64,000 nt of DNA from the human T2T-CHM13v2.0 reference genome, Homo sapiens. The notes under the pieces were generated by a model. The model worked only from the letters and a program-made list of their open reading frames with translations, made no database searches and was not told the DNA's origin. The DNA lies in assembly GCF_009914755.1 (NCBI RefSeq), contig NC_060929.1; one strand, given 5' to 3'. Of the stretch, positions 11,771 to 25,405 are shown piece by piece (positions within the stretch are counted from its first letter, which is position 1; every line of letters starts with the position of its first letter). A program made the translations under genes and the position numbers.

Positions 11771-14700
11771 TGTCTAAAAGTAAAAAATTATTAGAGAAAT
11801 TACCAGAAGTATGATGATTATACTTAAAAATTATAATTTATTAATATTAAATATAAGGGGCTCAAATTTCTCCCTTTTCAAATTATTTGTTTTAGTTAGG
11901 ATTATGAGATTAATACATTGAAAGTGGTTGATGCACTTGGTATTTTTAACCTAAAGCTCCCCTCCCTTCTTTTTATTTTTCTTATAATTCAATTGTTGAA
12001 CCAACAAGATTGTTTGATGGAATTTTCCAGTCTAATTGCCATCTTTTTGTAACACGGACTCAAAGTAAAGGAATGAAGAAAAATCTATCACACAAATGGA
12101 AAGCAAAAAAGAGGAGGAGTCATCATTTTTGTATCATAAAAAATAGAGTTTAAACTAACAACAGTATAAAAGGACAAAGAAGGGCATTACATAGTGATAA
12201 AGTGTTCGATACAACAAGCAGACTTAGTTATCCTAAACATATATGCACCTATTTATGCACTAAACATTGGAACACCTGGATTCATAAAACAAGTACTTCT
12301 AGACTTATAAAAAGGCTTAGACAGTCACACAATAATAGTGGGTACTTTGACACCCCACTAACAATGTTAGATAGATCATGAAGGCAGAAAAGTAACAAAA
12401 AAAATACTGGACTTAAATTTGACACTTGACCATTTGGACCTAATAGGCATCTACAGAAAACTGCACTCGTCAATCACAAAATGTACATTCTTCTGGTCTC
12501 CACAAGGAACATACTCCAAGATTAACCACATGCTGAATCATAAAGCAAGTCTCAATAAATTTTAAAAATTTGAAATCATACCACCAATACACTCAGACCA
12601 CAGTGGAATGAAAATAAAAATAAATACCAAGAAAATCCCCCCAAACTACAAAATTATATAGAAATTAAACAACTTGCTTCTAAATGACTTTTGGGTAGAC
12701 AACAAAATTAAGTCATAAATAAAAGAATTCTTTGAAATTAATAAAAACAGAGACACAATATACCAAAATCTCTCAGGTGGAGCAAAAGTAGTGTAAGGAG
12801 GAAAGTTTATAGTGCCAAATACCTATCTCAAAAAGTTGAAAAGTTTTAAATTTGTGGTCTAGCATCACACCTGGAAGAACTACAAAAACAAGGACAATAC
12901 AGTCCCAAAGCTAACAGAAGAAAAGAAATAACTAGAATCAGGCTGGAACTGTACAAAATTGAGACCCAAAAATCCATACAAAGGATCAATGAAAGAAAAT
13001 GTTGGTTCTTTGAAAGGATAAAACAACATTCATAGACTGCTGCTAGATTAACAAAGAAAAAAAGAGAGAAGAGCCAAATAGGCACAATCAGAAATGACAA
13101 AGATGGCATTACAACTAATCCCACAAAGATACAAAAGATCCTCAGAGACTCTTATGAACACCTGTATGTACAAAAACTAGAAAATTTAGAAGAAATGGAT
13201 AAATTCCTGCAAACTCCAAACCTCCTAAGGATGAACTGAAAGAAATTGAAATCCTGAACAGATCAATAATAACTTCTGAAATTGAATCAGTAATAAAAAA
13301 ACCTATCAACCAAAAAAAAAAAAAAAAAAGAGCTCTGTACCAGATAGATTCACAGCCAAATTCTGCCAGATGTACAAAGAGGCTGACATCATCCTGATAG
13401 CAAAACCTGATAAAGACACAATGAAAAAGGAAAACTACAGGTCAATATCCCTGATGAACACAGATGCAAAAATCCTCAGCAAAATACTAGCAAACTGAAT
13501 CTAGCAGCATATCAAAAAGTTTATTCATCATCACCAATTAGGCTGTATTCCTTGCATGCAAGACTGGTTCAACATATGCAAATCAATAAATGTGATTCAT
13601 CACATAAACCACATTATTCATAAACAGAATGAAAAACAAAAACCATATAATCATCCTTATAAAATCCTATATGTCTTCATGATAAAAATCCTCAAAAAAC
13701 TAGGCATTGAAGCAATATCTCAAAGTAATAATAGCCATCTATGACTAACCCATAGCCAATATCATAATGAATGGGAAAAAGCTGGAAACATTCTCTTTAA
13801 AAACCGTAACCAGACCAGGGTGCACACTCTCACCACTCCTATTCCTCATAGTACTGAAGTCCTAGTCCTAGGTAGAGCAATCAGACAAGAGAAAGAAATA
13901 AAAGGCATCCCAATAGGAAAAGAAGGAGTCAAATTATGTCTCTTAATTGACAATATGATTCTAACCTAAACTCCACCAAAAGGCTCCTAGATCTGATATA
14001 TGCCTTCAGTAAAGTTTCAAGATACAAAATCAATGTACATATTAATGTATAAGTCAGTAGCATTTCTAAACATCAATAACATTCAAATTGAGAGCTAAAT
14101 CAACAATGTAATCCCATTTATAATAGTCACAAAAATTATAATATCTAGGAATGCATCTAACCAACAAGGTAAAAGATCTCTATAAGGAGAACTACAAAAC
14201 ACTGCTGAAAGAAATCATAGATAATACAATCAAATGGAAAAATATATGCTAATGGGTTGGAAGAACAAATATCATTCAAATGTCCATGCTGTCCAAAGCA
14301 ATCTACAGATTCAACATTATTTCTATCAAACTACCAATGTCATTTTTCACAGAATTAGGAAAAACTAAGTTAAAATTTACATGGAACCAAAAAAGAGCCT
14401 AAATAGCCAAAGAAATCCTAAGCAAAAGAAGAAAGCTGTAGGCATGACATTACCTAACTTCAAACTATACTACAAGGCTACAATTACCAAAACAGCATGG
14501 CGCTGATACAAAAACAGACACAGAGACTAATGGAACAGAATAGAGAACCCAGAAATAAAACCACACACCTACAACCAACTGATCTTTGACAAAGTCAACA
14601 AAAATAAGCAATGAGGAAAGGACTGACTATTCAACAAATAGTGCTGGGATACCTGGCTAACCATATGCAGAAGAAGGAAACTGGACCCCTAACTCTTACT

Positions 14701-14807
14701 ATATACAAAAATTAACTCAACATGAATGAAGGAGTTAAATTAAGACCTCAAACTATAAAAATCTTAGAAAAAAACCTAGGAAATATTCTAGACATCAGCC
14801 TTGGGGA

Positions 14808-15356
14808 ATTTGACCCAGCAATTCCATTACTGGGTATATACCCAAAGGATTATAAATCATGCTACTATAAAGACACATGCACACGTATGTTTATTGTGGC
14901 ACTATTCACAATAGCAAAGACTTGGAACCAACCCAAATGTCCATCAATAATAGACTGGATAAAGAAAATGTGGCACATATACATCATGGAATACTATACA
15001 ACCATAGAAAAGGATGAGTTCATGTCCTTTGCAGGAACGTGGATGAAGCTGGAAACCATCATTCTTAGCAAAATATCACAAGGACAGAAAACCAAACACC
15101 ACATGTTTGCACTTTCAAGTGGGAGTTGAACAATGAGAACCCATGGACACAGGGAGGGGAGCATCACACACTGGGGCCTGTTGGGGGTTGGGGGGCTGGG
15201 GGAGGGATAGTGTTAGGAGAAATACCTAATGTAAATGACGAGTTGATGTGTGCAGCAAACCAACATGGCACACGTATACCTATATAACAAACCTGCATGT
15301 TGTGCACATGTGCCCTAGTAAAGTATAATAATAATAATAATGATAATAATAATAAA
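14808..15356 (+). mobile_element. 5'-truncated younger L1PA (L1PA6-like) nested in the older L1
   Basis: Abrupt jump to FDPAIPLLGIYPKDYKS..., then an L1PA 3'UTR with a G-rich tract and an (AAT)n tail. The host L1 resumes at gaatttatgactaag, and gaattt is repeated at both ends. Confidence 0.9.
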
Positions 15357-15874
15357 AGAATTTATGACTAAGTTCTCAAACGCAATTGCAACAAAACCAA
15401 AAATTGACAAGTGAGACCTAACTAAATGAAATACTTCTGTGCAACAAAAGAAACTATCAACAGAGTAACAAACAATCTACAGAGTGGGAGAAATTATTAG
15501 TAAGTTCTGCATTTGATGAAGGTCTAATATCCAGAATTAGGAATGTAAACAAATCAACAAGAAAATAATAAGTTCAGTAAAAAGTAAGCAATGGACATGA
15601 ACAGACCCTTCTCAAAAGAAGATGACAAGTGGTCAATAAACATATGAAAAGAAGCTCACATCAGTAATCATTAGAGACATACAGACCAAAAACCACAGTG
15701 AGATACAATCTCACACCAGTCAGACTGGCTATTAGAAAAAGTAAAAAATAACAGATGTTGGTGAGGATGAGGAGAAAATGGAATGCTTATATAGTATTGA
15801 TGGGAACGTAAGTTAGTTCAGCTACTGTGGAAAGCAATTTGGAGATTTGTCAAAGAACTAAAAATAGAACTATT

Positions 15875-16156
15875 GGCCAGGCATGGTGGCCCACACTTGT
15901 AATTCCAGCACATTGGGTAGCCGAGGTGGATTTTTTGAGCTCAGGAGTTTGAGACCAGCCTGGGCAACATGGCAAAACCTTGTCTCTACAAAAAAAAAAA
16001 TAGAAAAAAAAAAAAAAAAAAAACTAGCTGGGCATGTGATGTGCACCTATAGTCCCAGGTACCTGGTAGACTGAGGTGGGAGGATTGCTTCTGTGATCAG
16101 GTCACTGCACTCTAACTCGGGAACAGAGCGAGACCCTATCTCAAAAAAATCAAAAA
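15875..16156 (+). mobile_element. AluJ with expanded central A tract and a right-arm deletion, nested in L1
   Basis: ggccaggcatggtggc...ttgagctcaggagtttgagaccagcctgggcaacatggcaaaacc. TSD taaaaatagaacta. Confidence 0.92.
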
Positions 16157-17029
16157 TAAAAATAGAACTACCATTTAATCCAGCAACCCCATTACTGTTT
16201 ATACACCCAAATGAAAATAATCACTGTATCAAAAAGACTCATGCACTAGTATGTTTATTGTAGAGCTATTCACAATAGCAAAGAAATGGAATCAAGCCAG
16301 TTGCCCATTATTGGAGGACTGGATTAAAAAAAAGGGTGGTACATATATACCATGGAATACTACACTGCCATGAGCACAATTGAAATCATGTCCTTTGCAG
16401 CAATATGAATGCAGCTAGAGGCCATTATCCTAAGTGAATTAACACAGTAACAGAAAACCAAATACCACATATTCTTACTTATAAGTGGGAGCTAAACAGT
16501 AGGTACACATAGATATAAAGATGGGGACAGTAGACAGTGGGGATCATAAGGCGGGAAGTGAAGGAGGAAAGAAAGGGTTGAAAAGCTATTTGGTACTATA
16601 CTCCCTACGTGGGTGATGGGTTCGATCATACGCCAAACCTTAACACAACACAGTGTACCCTTGTAACAATCCTGCACATGTACCTCCTGAATCTAAAATA
16701 AAAATTGAAATTAAAAAAGAGAAAACAAAAAAAAATTGATAAAATCTGAACAATGTAAAAGTAATAATACACATAACAAAAAAATTGAGGTAAAAAGAGA
16801 GAAGGTAAAAGTCCTAGCGTAATAACTTTCTAAATGGGGAGATAGACAAAACTGGAACAAGTAGCTTGAGATAAAAACATAATGAACAACACATGATAAA
16901 TTAGAAAAATAAATAAAAAGTTTTAAAAATCAATGAATTAGCCTTCCATTAAAAAGCCAATATTAATAGAATGATAAAAAATAAAGTTTAGATGAGTTGT
17001 AGCATATTGTACAAACTTTCTCTTTTTTG

Positions 17030-17430
17030 GTTTCTCCACTTAGAAATATATACTGGAGCTGACTCACTTCACTATATGGCTAGTTATTAGTTTTTTTCTT
17101 TTACAAATATGTACACTTCATTGTATACTTATGAAATAGTTCACCAAGCTTCCCATTAATGGTTATTTTCAATATTTTGTGATAGTAAATTATAATGGTC
17201 TAATTCATTGCCATTTGCATATTTTTAAAATTTTTTTCCTTATATATTTAGGATAGATTTATAGAAGAGAGATTGCTGGGTCAAAATTAGAGCATTTATG
17301 ATTTTGCTAGATATGGTGAAATTCTCTTCTACAAGAGCTGTATCATTTTGCATTCCCATTAGCAACATATAAAGGTCCCTTTTACCTCAACTTGATAAAA
17401 AATGTAACTTTTGGATTTTTACCAATTGCA
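17030..17430 (-). mobile_element. Ancient L1ME-like fragment
   Basis: ttaggatagattt...gattgctgggtcaaa...ttttgcattcccattagcaacatata matches antisense L1M 3' region motifs. Confidence 0.65.
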
Positions 17431-18483
17431 GCCTATGATACTTCATCCAAATGAAAAGCAGATACTTTTCTATTATGCTATATTGCCTTCTCTTACACCT
17501 AATTTATATTTTTTCTAGTATCATAAATGTAATTCTAATAACTTCTTTATGCTACAAAAACAAATGTATGCTTCTCTATTTATTCCCAGATAGTACTGCA
17601 TTCTATAATATAGTAAATATTTTCATTCTACTGCTTCTCTTTATGTATTTTAAAACTGTACCTGAATACGTTAATTAAATTATTCCAAAAGCATTCCCAG
17701 GATAATCTCTAATCAGCTCAATCTCTTTCTGTGGTGTGTAAGTAATACAGTTAAATCATGCTTATTTAGTTCCTGTGTAGATGATCTGTTCTGATCAGTA
17801 TGACAGAGTTTTGATCACATTGCTTTTTGGGGTATTTCATTTTCTGCTAAATTTCCAAACTCTGTTTCAGACAAAGAAAGCTTAGATGAAAGTTTGATGA
17901 CTGTATCACAGTGTTGAATTCCTCAGCTCTTTGTCGAGTCACTAATATAATTTCTGAACATGATATATACTGCCTTCATTTATTGTCCTGAATTTTATTT
18001 TTTGCCTAAAGCTAGTTGTTTTTCCTTAAAGTGAAACATTGATTTGTTCTCCCTCAAGCTGAATCTCAGACTCACAACCACCTGCAGTGATATGCTTCTT
18101 GTGACTACAGAATCAGTCAGGAAAAAAAAGCTGTTTTGAACTGTGCATGCAACAATGACTGCTCTTCTCTTTTTCCATTCAAAGAAACCCCAGACTCCCT
18201 TCAATAGAAAGCAAACAAAAGCAAAGGTTCATGAAAATGTTTATGAAATGGGGTGTAGAAACCAAACACAGTGGCAGCCATGTAAACCGTTTAAATTTAA
18301 GTGGTTTCATTTTTAGAAGAAATAAAAATAAGCCTAGCTTTTCAAAACATCTCAGGTTCTGCCTGAGTTTTGTGAGAAGTTTTTGCAGATGAATATGTTT
18401 TTATATTATCAAGGGGTCAGTGAATGACTTTAATTTCTACTATTCAATATGTAACCAAGTATGACACATTAATTCCATGAACT

Positions 18484-18582
18484 TCAGTTCAACAAATACT
18501 GTTTCTACAGTGCATGTGGAACTATGTTAGGTGTTATGAAGAATACAGAGACAAATAAAACATGATTTCTGACTTCAAGAAC
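18484..18582 (-). mobile_element. L2 3' end fragment
   Basis: ttcagttcaacaaatac...atgttaggtg...atacagagacaaataaaacatg...gacttcaag. Confidence 0.55.
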
Positions 18583-20299
18583 ATTCCCCAACCAGGTTAA
18601 CTTATACCTCCTTTTTATCTTTCATAATCCTTTTAGGTTATGTCCTTTTACAATTAGGTCAAATTATTTTGGAGATTGTGTTGGGGTCATTAAGTACTTT
18701 TTGTGTATCTCTGAAATGGAGCTACAGTATTTTAACTATTTAAAACACATTTATTTTATTTTAAGTTTGTGCCCAAGCTATTTCTGTTTCTTCATTTAGT
18801 ATATAGAGAGAAATGAAGACGCTCTTGCTAGCAGAACATCAAGAGAGAAAACCAGATTCTTAAATCTGTTTCTGGCTCAAAAGGTCAGGGTAATACCATG
18901 ACTAGTGCCAGGTGCTGGAATGTCATTGAGGCAATGAGGCAGGCAATCAGGAAGAAAAGGACTCGGATGTAATCTGTGGCATCTCTCTCTCTCTAAGGTA
19001 AACAAAGAGCACCAGAAAATTTTCAGTCTTTGGGAAATATCGAGAAGAGAATATTCTAACCAAACTCTATTGAAATATAAAAGTGATGTAATATGTAGAA
19101 CATTTTTGTGTTTTCTTTATTAGTAAGCCAGTTTTTCTGCCTGCCATAAGACTTTTCTATGTGAGAGAAGCTGGAAAAAATGCAATGTAGATGAACTCTC
19201 AGGGAAGAAAAAAAAAGCAAAGTAAATATGTGCTTCTTCTGGCCACAGAGAATTATGTGGACAAAAGAGAGCAGAGGTAAGAGAAACACCTGGCTGAGAT
19301 GTGTGAGTTGAAGCCTCACTCCTTTAAAATAAAACCCTGGCATGGAAAAGTATTTTAGGTAATAGAGGGGATCATTGAAGCCAGAGAGGGTTTGCCTTCT
19401 CTTCGATTTTAGGACTCTCAGAGGGACAACTGGTAGTACACCAAGGTCTGGAATCAACCCATGATATTCCTGTAAAGAGCAGAAGACTCTTTACAAAGTT
19501 CTGTAGCCAGACAGAGGGTACCTATTTAGTATTATTGAGTTACTTTTGGTTCTCTTTGGTTTTAAGACACCCAGAGTTTCCTACTTGTCCCATATCAGGG
19601 GCATTACAGCAGGTAGCTGAGAGTTTGTGGACATTCCATGGATGAGAGCCAAGATGATTCAGAGAGAGATATAGCAAAGGCTGTATGATAGATAGAATGT
19701 CTAAGTCTAAGAACCTGTGGTGGACAGGGAAGAGAATCAGAATATATATGTAATGCCAGCTAGAGTACTGAGGTGGGGCCCAGTCAGACAGAAAGTCTAT
19801 CTGACCTCAGACCAAGTAGAGACAAAAGCCGCACATTATTCCAGGCAGTAGTTGAGAAGCAGGAAGCAACATATTCCACAAGAATGGGAATCTTGGTACC
19901 AATACCTCAAAACCCCAGCCAGCACAGACACAAGAATCAGTACAGGGCAAGGGAGTTTTCTTTGTTCTAATGCTGCAAAGTCAAGTAAACTACCTTTAGT
20001 AAACCTGGATGTCTTCTTGGAGTGGAACGCTTGTAAACTGAAGCATTATTTAGATAGATAAGAGACGAAGTTTTAAAAGAGAGTAAGGCATAAGATAAAC
20101 ATTTTACTATGATGGGAAAATTTAATATTTATGTTTACTATTCAGCAGCATATGAGCTACTCAGAAAGTAAGATCAGTTATAGACAAAAGGACATCTATG
20201 ATCTGTTCACATTAAGTGCAATGTGAATAAATTTGTGACCCCCATTAGAATTTATCATAACTTTTTTTGTCATCAATTCTATATATACTAATGGGACAT

Positions 20300-20412
20300 G
20301 AATGACTTGAGGGTGGAAAGAAGTCTTATTCTTCTTCAGTATCTGTTATGATTAGCATAATGCTTGACATATACAAAGTATTGAAACAATGTTTGTTAGA
20401 TTGAAATGAATT
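20300..20412 (+). mobile_element. L2 3' end fragment
   Basis: cttgagggt...gtcttattc...agcataatgcttgacata...aatgtttgttagattgaaatgaat. Confidence 0.55.
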
Positions 20413-20770
20413 TATTGCCACTAAGAACATTTGCTTTGAAATCAAGGTTTCCTTGTATTTGGACTCAATAACCCTAGGCTAAAATTTTAGTATTTTTCCA
20501 AAGGTTCTTAATTTTGAAGGATTGGTTCAAAGGCAATCTAAGCTGAGGTATAGGCATGAGCAAAGACAGAGAAAGAGGAAACATGGAGTGTGTTTGCAAA
20601 ATGTGAGTTCTACAGTTTGACTTACTAGTGCTTGTCATTGTCGGATTAAATTTCATTAATAATATTAACATCGACAATTTACTAAGCACTTTTACCATAT
20701 ACATGCTACCGTGCTTATAACTTAAACCCTCTATTCAATGGACAATCCTATGACAATGGTTAATACTTTT

Positions 20771-22204
20771 GTATAAATCAGGTTCCAATTAGGAGACAGA
20801 AATCACACAGTAAATTAGACAGGGAAAGTTAAATATAAGAATTACTAACTATAATATGGGGCTGGCTGGTGAGGGGAAAAGAAAATTCTAAAGAATTTAA
20901 ATAGAGCAGATACAGGTAGAAGGGTTCTACCCCTATTTCTGGGTGCCCAGCACACAAGAAAGAGGCAAATCTGCACGAAGTTTCTCTCACAGGACTGAGA
21001 TGCAGAACTTGCTGGAAATGGTGCAACTGTGTCTCACTTGATGGTGGATAAGTTGGCTGAAGTGTTGCAATGGCAGGACTCACTGGGGTATTTATCTTCC
21101 AGGGTAATGGCGGAAGTTGCTCATGGGGAAGTCCTGAGAATTAGAACTACAGTAGTTGCCCATTATCCATGGGGGGATATACTCCAAGACCCCCCAGTGG
21201 ATGCCTGAAACCATGGATAGTGCTGAACCCCATATATTCTATGTTTGTTCCTATACACACATACTTATGATAAAGTTTAATTTATAAATTAGACACAGTA
21301 AGGTATTAACAATAACTAATAATAAAATAGAATAATTATCATGTTATGCTGTAATACATGAATGTGTTCTCTCTCTCTCAGTCTATCTCACTGTACTCAC
21401 CCTTCTTCTTGTAATGACATGAGATGATAAAATGCCTACATGATGATATAAAGTGAAGTAAATGACATAGGCATTGTGGTGTCGCCTTAGGCTCCTATTG
21501 ACCTTCTGACAATACATCAGAAGGAGGATCATCTGCTTCCGGTGATTCTGGATCATTGAACCATAACAATGATGACGGTTGGATGTCAGGAGCCAACGAT
21601 GTCGATGACTAGTGGGAAGCTAGTATATGTATACAGTTTGGATCCCAGGGGGAAGGAGCATGATTTCATCACCCTACTCAGAACAGCGTGCAATTTAAAA
21701 CATGAATTATTTCTAGATTATTCTATTTAATATTTTCAGACTATGGTTGACCATGGGTATCTGGAAAAGCAGGTAACTGAAACCAGGAAAAATGAACCCC
21801 TGGGAAAGGGGGTGGGGACTAATTCATGGGCAAAGCTGTGGAAAGGGTTACAGGGGAATGCTGTTCACAAGGATGGATGGAGACATTGGCACCACTTGCA
21901 AAGCTGCTCTAGTGCCACAGGAAGCTGCCTGTGCAGATGTGCTGCAAGCTGCTGGCCATCAGGTACTACTTACTGGCTGCCACATGCTGCAGGAGTTGGG
22001 TACCATGGGATCCATGTGTGTTGCAGGAACCTGGGATAGAACCACATCAGAATGAGGAAGAGAAACCCCTATCACCTCCAGTGTCCCTCTAGCATCCTCT
22101 ACTGATAAAGCTTAACATCACGCTAGCTGGCCGAGTCCAGGAGTAGGAGCCAACAAAGAAAGGTAAATTTGGAGCTAAAGGACAATAAGTTAATAACTGA
22201 CAGA
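20771..22204 (-). mobile_element. Old ERVL-type solo LTR (LTR33/41/50-like), split by MER44
   Basis: Starts tgtataaatcaggttccaattaggagacagaaatcacacag and ends gctaaaggacaataagttaataactgacaga. Flanked by two halves of a MIR-like sequence. Confidence 0.6.
21150..21823 (-). mobile_element. MER44 (Tigger7-derived, TcMar) DNA transposon
   Basis: TA followed by TIR cagtagttgcccattatccatggggg. Internal tgatttcatcaccctactcagaacagcgtgcaatttaaaac. Degenerate right TIR gtaactgaaacc...ggggacta. Confidence 0.85.
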
Positions 22205-22543
22205 AGCATCTTGTTTGCATTTTGAAAATTAGGAAATTGAGTGTCAGAGTGATTCTTTTGTGACATTCCTAGTCACACAAGGAATCAGAAAAGCTTGGAA
22301 TTCAGATCCTTGTGTATTCAGTTTCCATTATATGTAGCTACTTTAGAAGATTCACCTGAAAACAGTGTATATGATAGATTGTAGTAGGAATGAGGCTGAA
22401 GTGGGAATATCTGGTAAGAAATCATTACAGTGGTCCAGGTAGAAGAAAATGGGGACTTCTAAGGTAGTTAATTACATGGACATTTCTTGCATGACCTCTG
22501 AATTTTCACTTCCAAGTTAAATTGGTTAGTATAAAAATTCACA

Positions 22544-22870
<327 letters not shown>

Positions 22871-23197
22871 TCACGGTTGTTGTAGTGTAACATGGTGAAA
22901 ATAATTGACAGAAACATGCCAATGGACTCATTTTAAAGATATATTTTTATAAGCATGTAAATGATATAACTTACTATGCTTAGGTAACTGTGCAATTGAA
23001 AAGACTTGAGAAAAATCTCCTTAAGAGAAATAAGCCCCCTTGCTTTCAAAGCCCCCAAGGCCTCCTGGTGCAGATGTATCATCTGATGGGGTGGAGGTCC
23101 CAAAAGGTTCTTCAACACCCATTGCTATTCCTTCCAGGGGAATTTTTAGATTCTTCTTACGTTTCCCAACTGCCTTGGAGTCTGTGGCTATGTGTAC

Positions 23198-23518
23198 ATT
23201 ATTATTATTATTTTTTTTTTTTTTTTTTTTTTTTTTGAGACAGAGGCTCACTCTCTCCGCCAGGCTGGAGTGCAATGACACAATCTTGGCTCACTGAAAG
23301 CTCCGTCTCCCAGATTCAAGAAATTCTCCTGCCTCAGCCTCCCAAGTAGCTGGGATTATAGGTGTGTGCTACCATGCCCGTCTAATTTTTGTACTTTTAG
23401 TAGAGACTGGGTTTCACCATGTTGGCCAGGCTGGTCTTGAACTCCTGACCTCAGGTAATCCGCCCACTTCTACCTCCCAAAGTGCTGGGATTACAGGCGT
23501 GAGCCACCGCGCTTGGCC
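23198..23518 (-). mobile_element. AluSx-like
   Basis: (ATT)n/poly-T tail followed by a full antisense Alu with ctcctgacctcaggt. Confidence 0.95.
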
Positions 23519-23900
23519 ATGTGCCTAACTTCTTACTAGATGCAAGTAACTGTGGACATTCCCAGCACATTCCTGAGTGCTTAATGGTCAGTTTTCTCAG
23601 GTATGTCAAACTCTTGCAGGCTCATGTTTTAGATCTGAGATATATCCAAACTGTATATTACCTTTCACGCATAATGTATTTGGACTTATAAAGAGGAATT
23701 ATTTAAAATTCTAATTCTCACCTGGAGAAATGTGCAAGGATTTCTAGAATCTGTGTTATACCGGATTCACTACTGCATCTTGCCCACTTTTACTAAACTT
23801 GGTCTTAGAACTTAGTGTCAGGAACTGGTCTCTCTGGTTTATCTTTGTCCTTTCACCCTACTTTAGACTTGTGGACAATATAATGTAGTGCTTAAGAATG

Positions 23901-24354
23901 TGTTGACAGTCCCGAGAATGTGCCATATGGAACTTGAGAGATAGGGAGCATAATGGACCATGGGCCACAGATGCTGTGTTCAAGAACTCACGGCTTCACT
24001 TGCACTGACACACACCTCCCACTGGCTGCTCCTGGTTACTGACTAAGCACAGTAGGGAGCTAAAGGGAAGCCCTGTCCTGGGAGACAGGGAACTCCTCTA
24101 ATGGCAACTTTGGCCTGAGGACTGTCTGATGGTCTTGCCAAACCTTCCTTAGATTGCCTTGCTGTCCAGATCACTTGCATCCACCCTTTTCTTTCCTTTT
24201 TAAAAATTCTGTAATGACTTATATAGTAGTTTGACATCTCTCCAATTCTTTTCTGACTTCTTTCTCATTTTACCATAGACAATTTCTGAAATAAAATACT
24301 TATGTTTTTTATTCTGTCTTGGTGTCTGCTTCTTGGATGTCTTGAATGAACCCA
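23901..24354 (+). mobile_element. LTR16 (LTR16C-like) ERVL solo LTR inserted in a MIR
   Basis: tgttgacag...ggactcctctaatggcaactttggcctgaggact-type core, aataaa, and tcttggtgtctgcttcttgga...ca end. MIR-like halves lie on either side. Confidence 0.8.
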
Positions 24355-25178
24355 GCTTTGGTATTAGATAAATGGGTTTAAATATGGGTTCTTCAATATA
24401 CTGGTTATGTACACAGCCTGTGTCTGCGGTTACTTGACACTCTGTGTTCTTTAGTTTAGTCACTCATAATATGAGAATAATAATGGTTATGTACTACACA
24501 AGGTTTTAAGGAATAAATACATTCATACATGAAATACAAGTCCAGCTATTATCAGCACTGAACATGATAAGAGAAAATCCCATATGAAATATTAAATGTG
24601 TTTTTTGACCTATCTCATTAAGTAACTCTTGAATTCACACTTGCAAATAAAGAGGAAGTCATTATATCTGAGAAACTTGAAGAGTAAAAGCAGAAATAGA
24701 GAACAATATTCATGCTTTCCATACATGGGTAGCACAGTAATTAACATAGCAACAATCTCCACATGCATAATTTAAATGGCCTCATTTTGCTATATCGATC
24801 AACCTGGCATGAATAACAAGAGACAATAAATTAGAGGAGTCAGTGGGATCTTACTGAAGGCTGGGATACCCTACATATAAGTGAGACGTGTGAAGGATAA
24901 GAGGAAATAGTAAGCAGACATCTACTGAACCATAGGCAGCTTCTTGTGTGTAATCACTTCGTAAGTGATATTTGCCAAACATATTTACAAAAACTTAATT
25001 GTTTTAATTAATATTTTCTCAATGAAATTTTAATATGGACATGTCTTGAAACAACTATCCCAGAATATTATAATGTGATCTCTTCCCATTTTACACTTCA
25101 TGTTTTTGAAACATTTTTATAAGTTATTTTAAGTAATTTTCACAACCACGTGAGAGGTAACATGACAAATATTAACAA

Positions 25179-25345
25179 TTTTATTTTATATCAAGGTAAA
25201 CAGATGAATTATTTTATTTTAAATACATTTTATTATATTTTATATCAAGGTAAACAGATGAATTAACCAAAAATGAATTGTTTTATTTTAGATAAATTTT
25301 ATTTTATTTTATATCAAGGTAAACAGATGAATTAACCAATAATGA
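25179..25345. repeat. Imperfect triple tandem repeat with core tattttatatcaaggtaaacagatgaatta
   Basis: Core seen three times (~25182, ~25236, ~25305) with AT-rich spacers. Confidence 0.92.
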
Positions 25346-25405
25346 CCCTGTAGAGAGCATTTTGCTTATTCTCCCTTTATAGTTTAGTGAAATTCTAGAT
25401 CTAAT

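Larger units (their letters stand above)
12053..16735 (+). mobile_element. Degenerate L1 (L1PA17/L1PB-like), ORF2 from endonuclease to 3'UTR, interrupted by two younger insertions
   Basis: Endonuclease-region aatatatgcacc / tttgacaccccact, RT-region MQDWFNICKSINVIHHIN, 3' end cctgcacatgtacctcctgaatctaaaataaaaattgaaatt. Many stops and frameshifts. Confidence 0.93.

Noticed and set aside
18990-20255. Purine-rich region possibly from an old LTR, with a 133-aa minus ORF
   Set aside because: I could not define termini or a family, and the ORF shows no recognisable homology.
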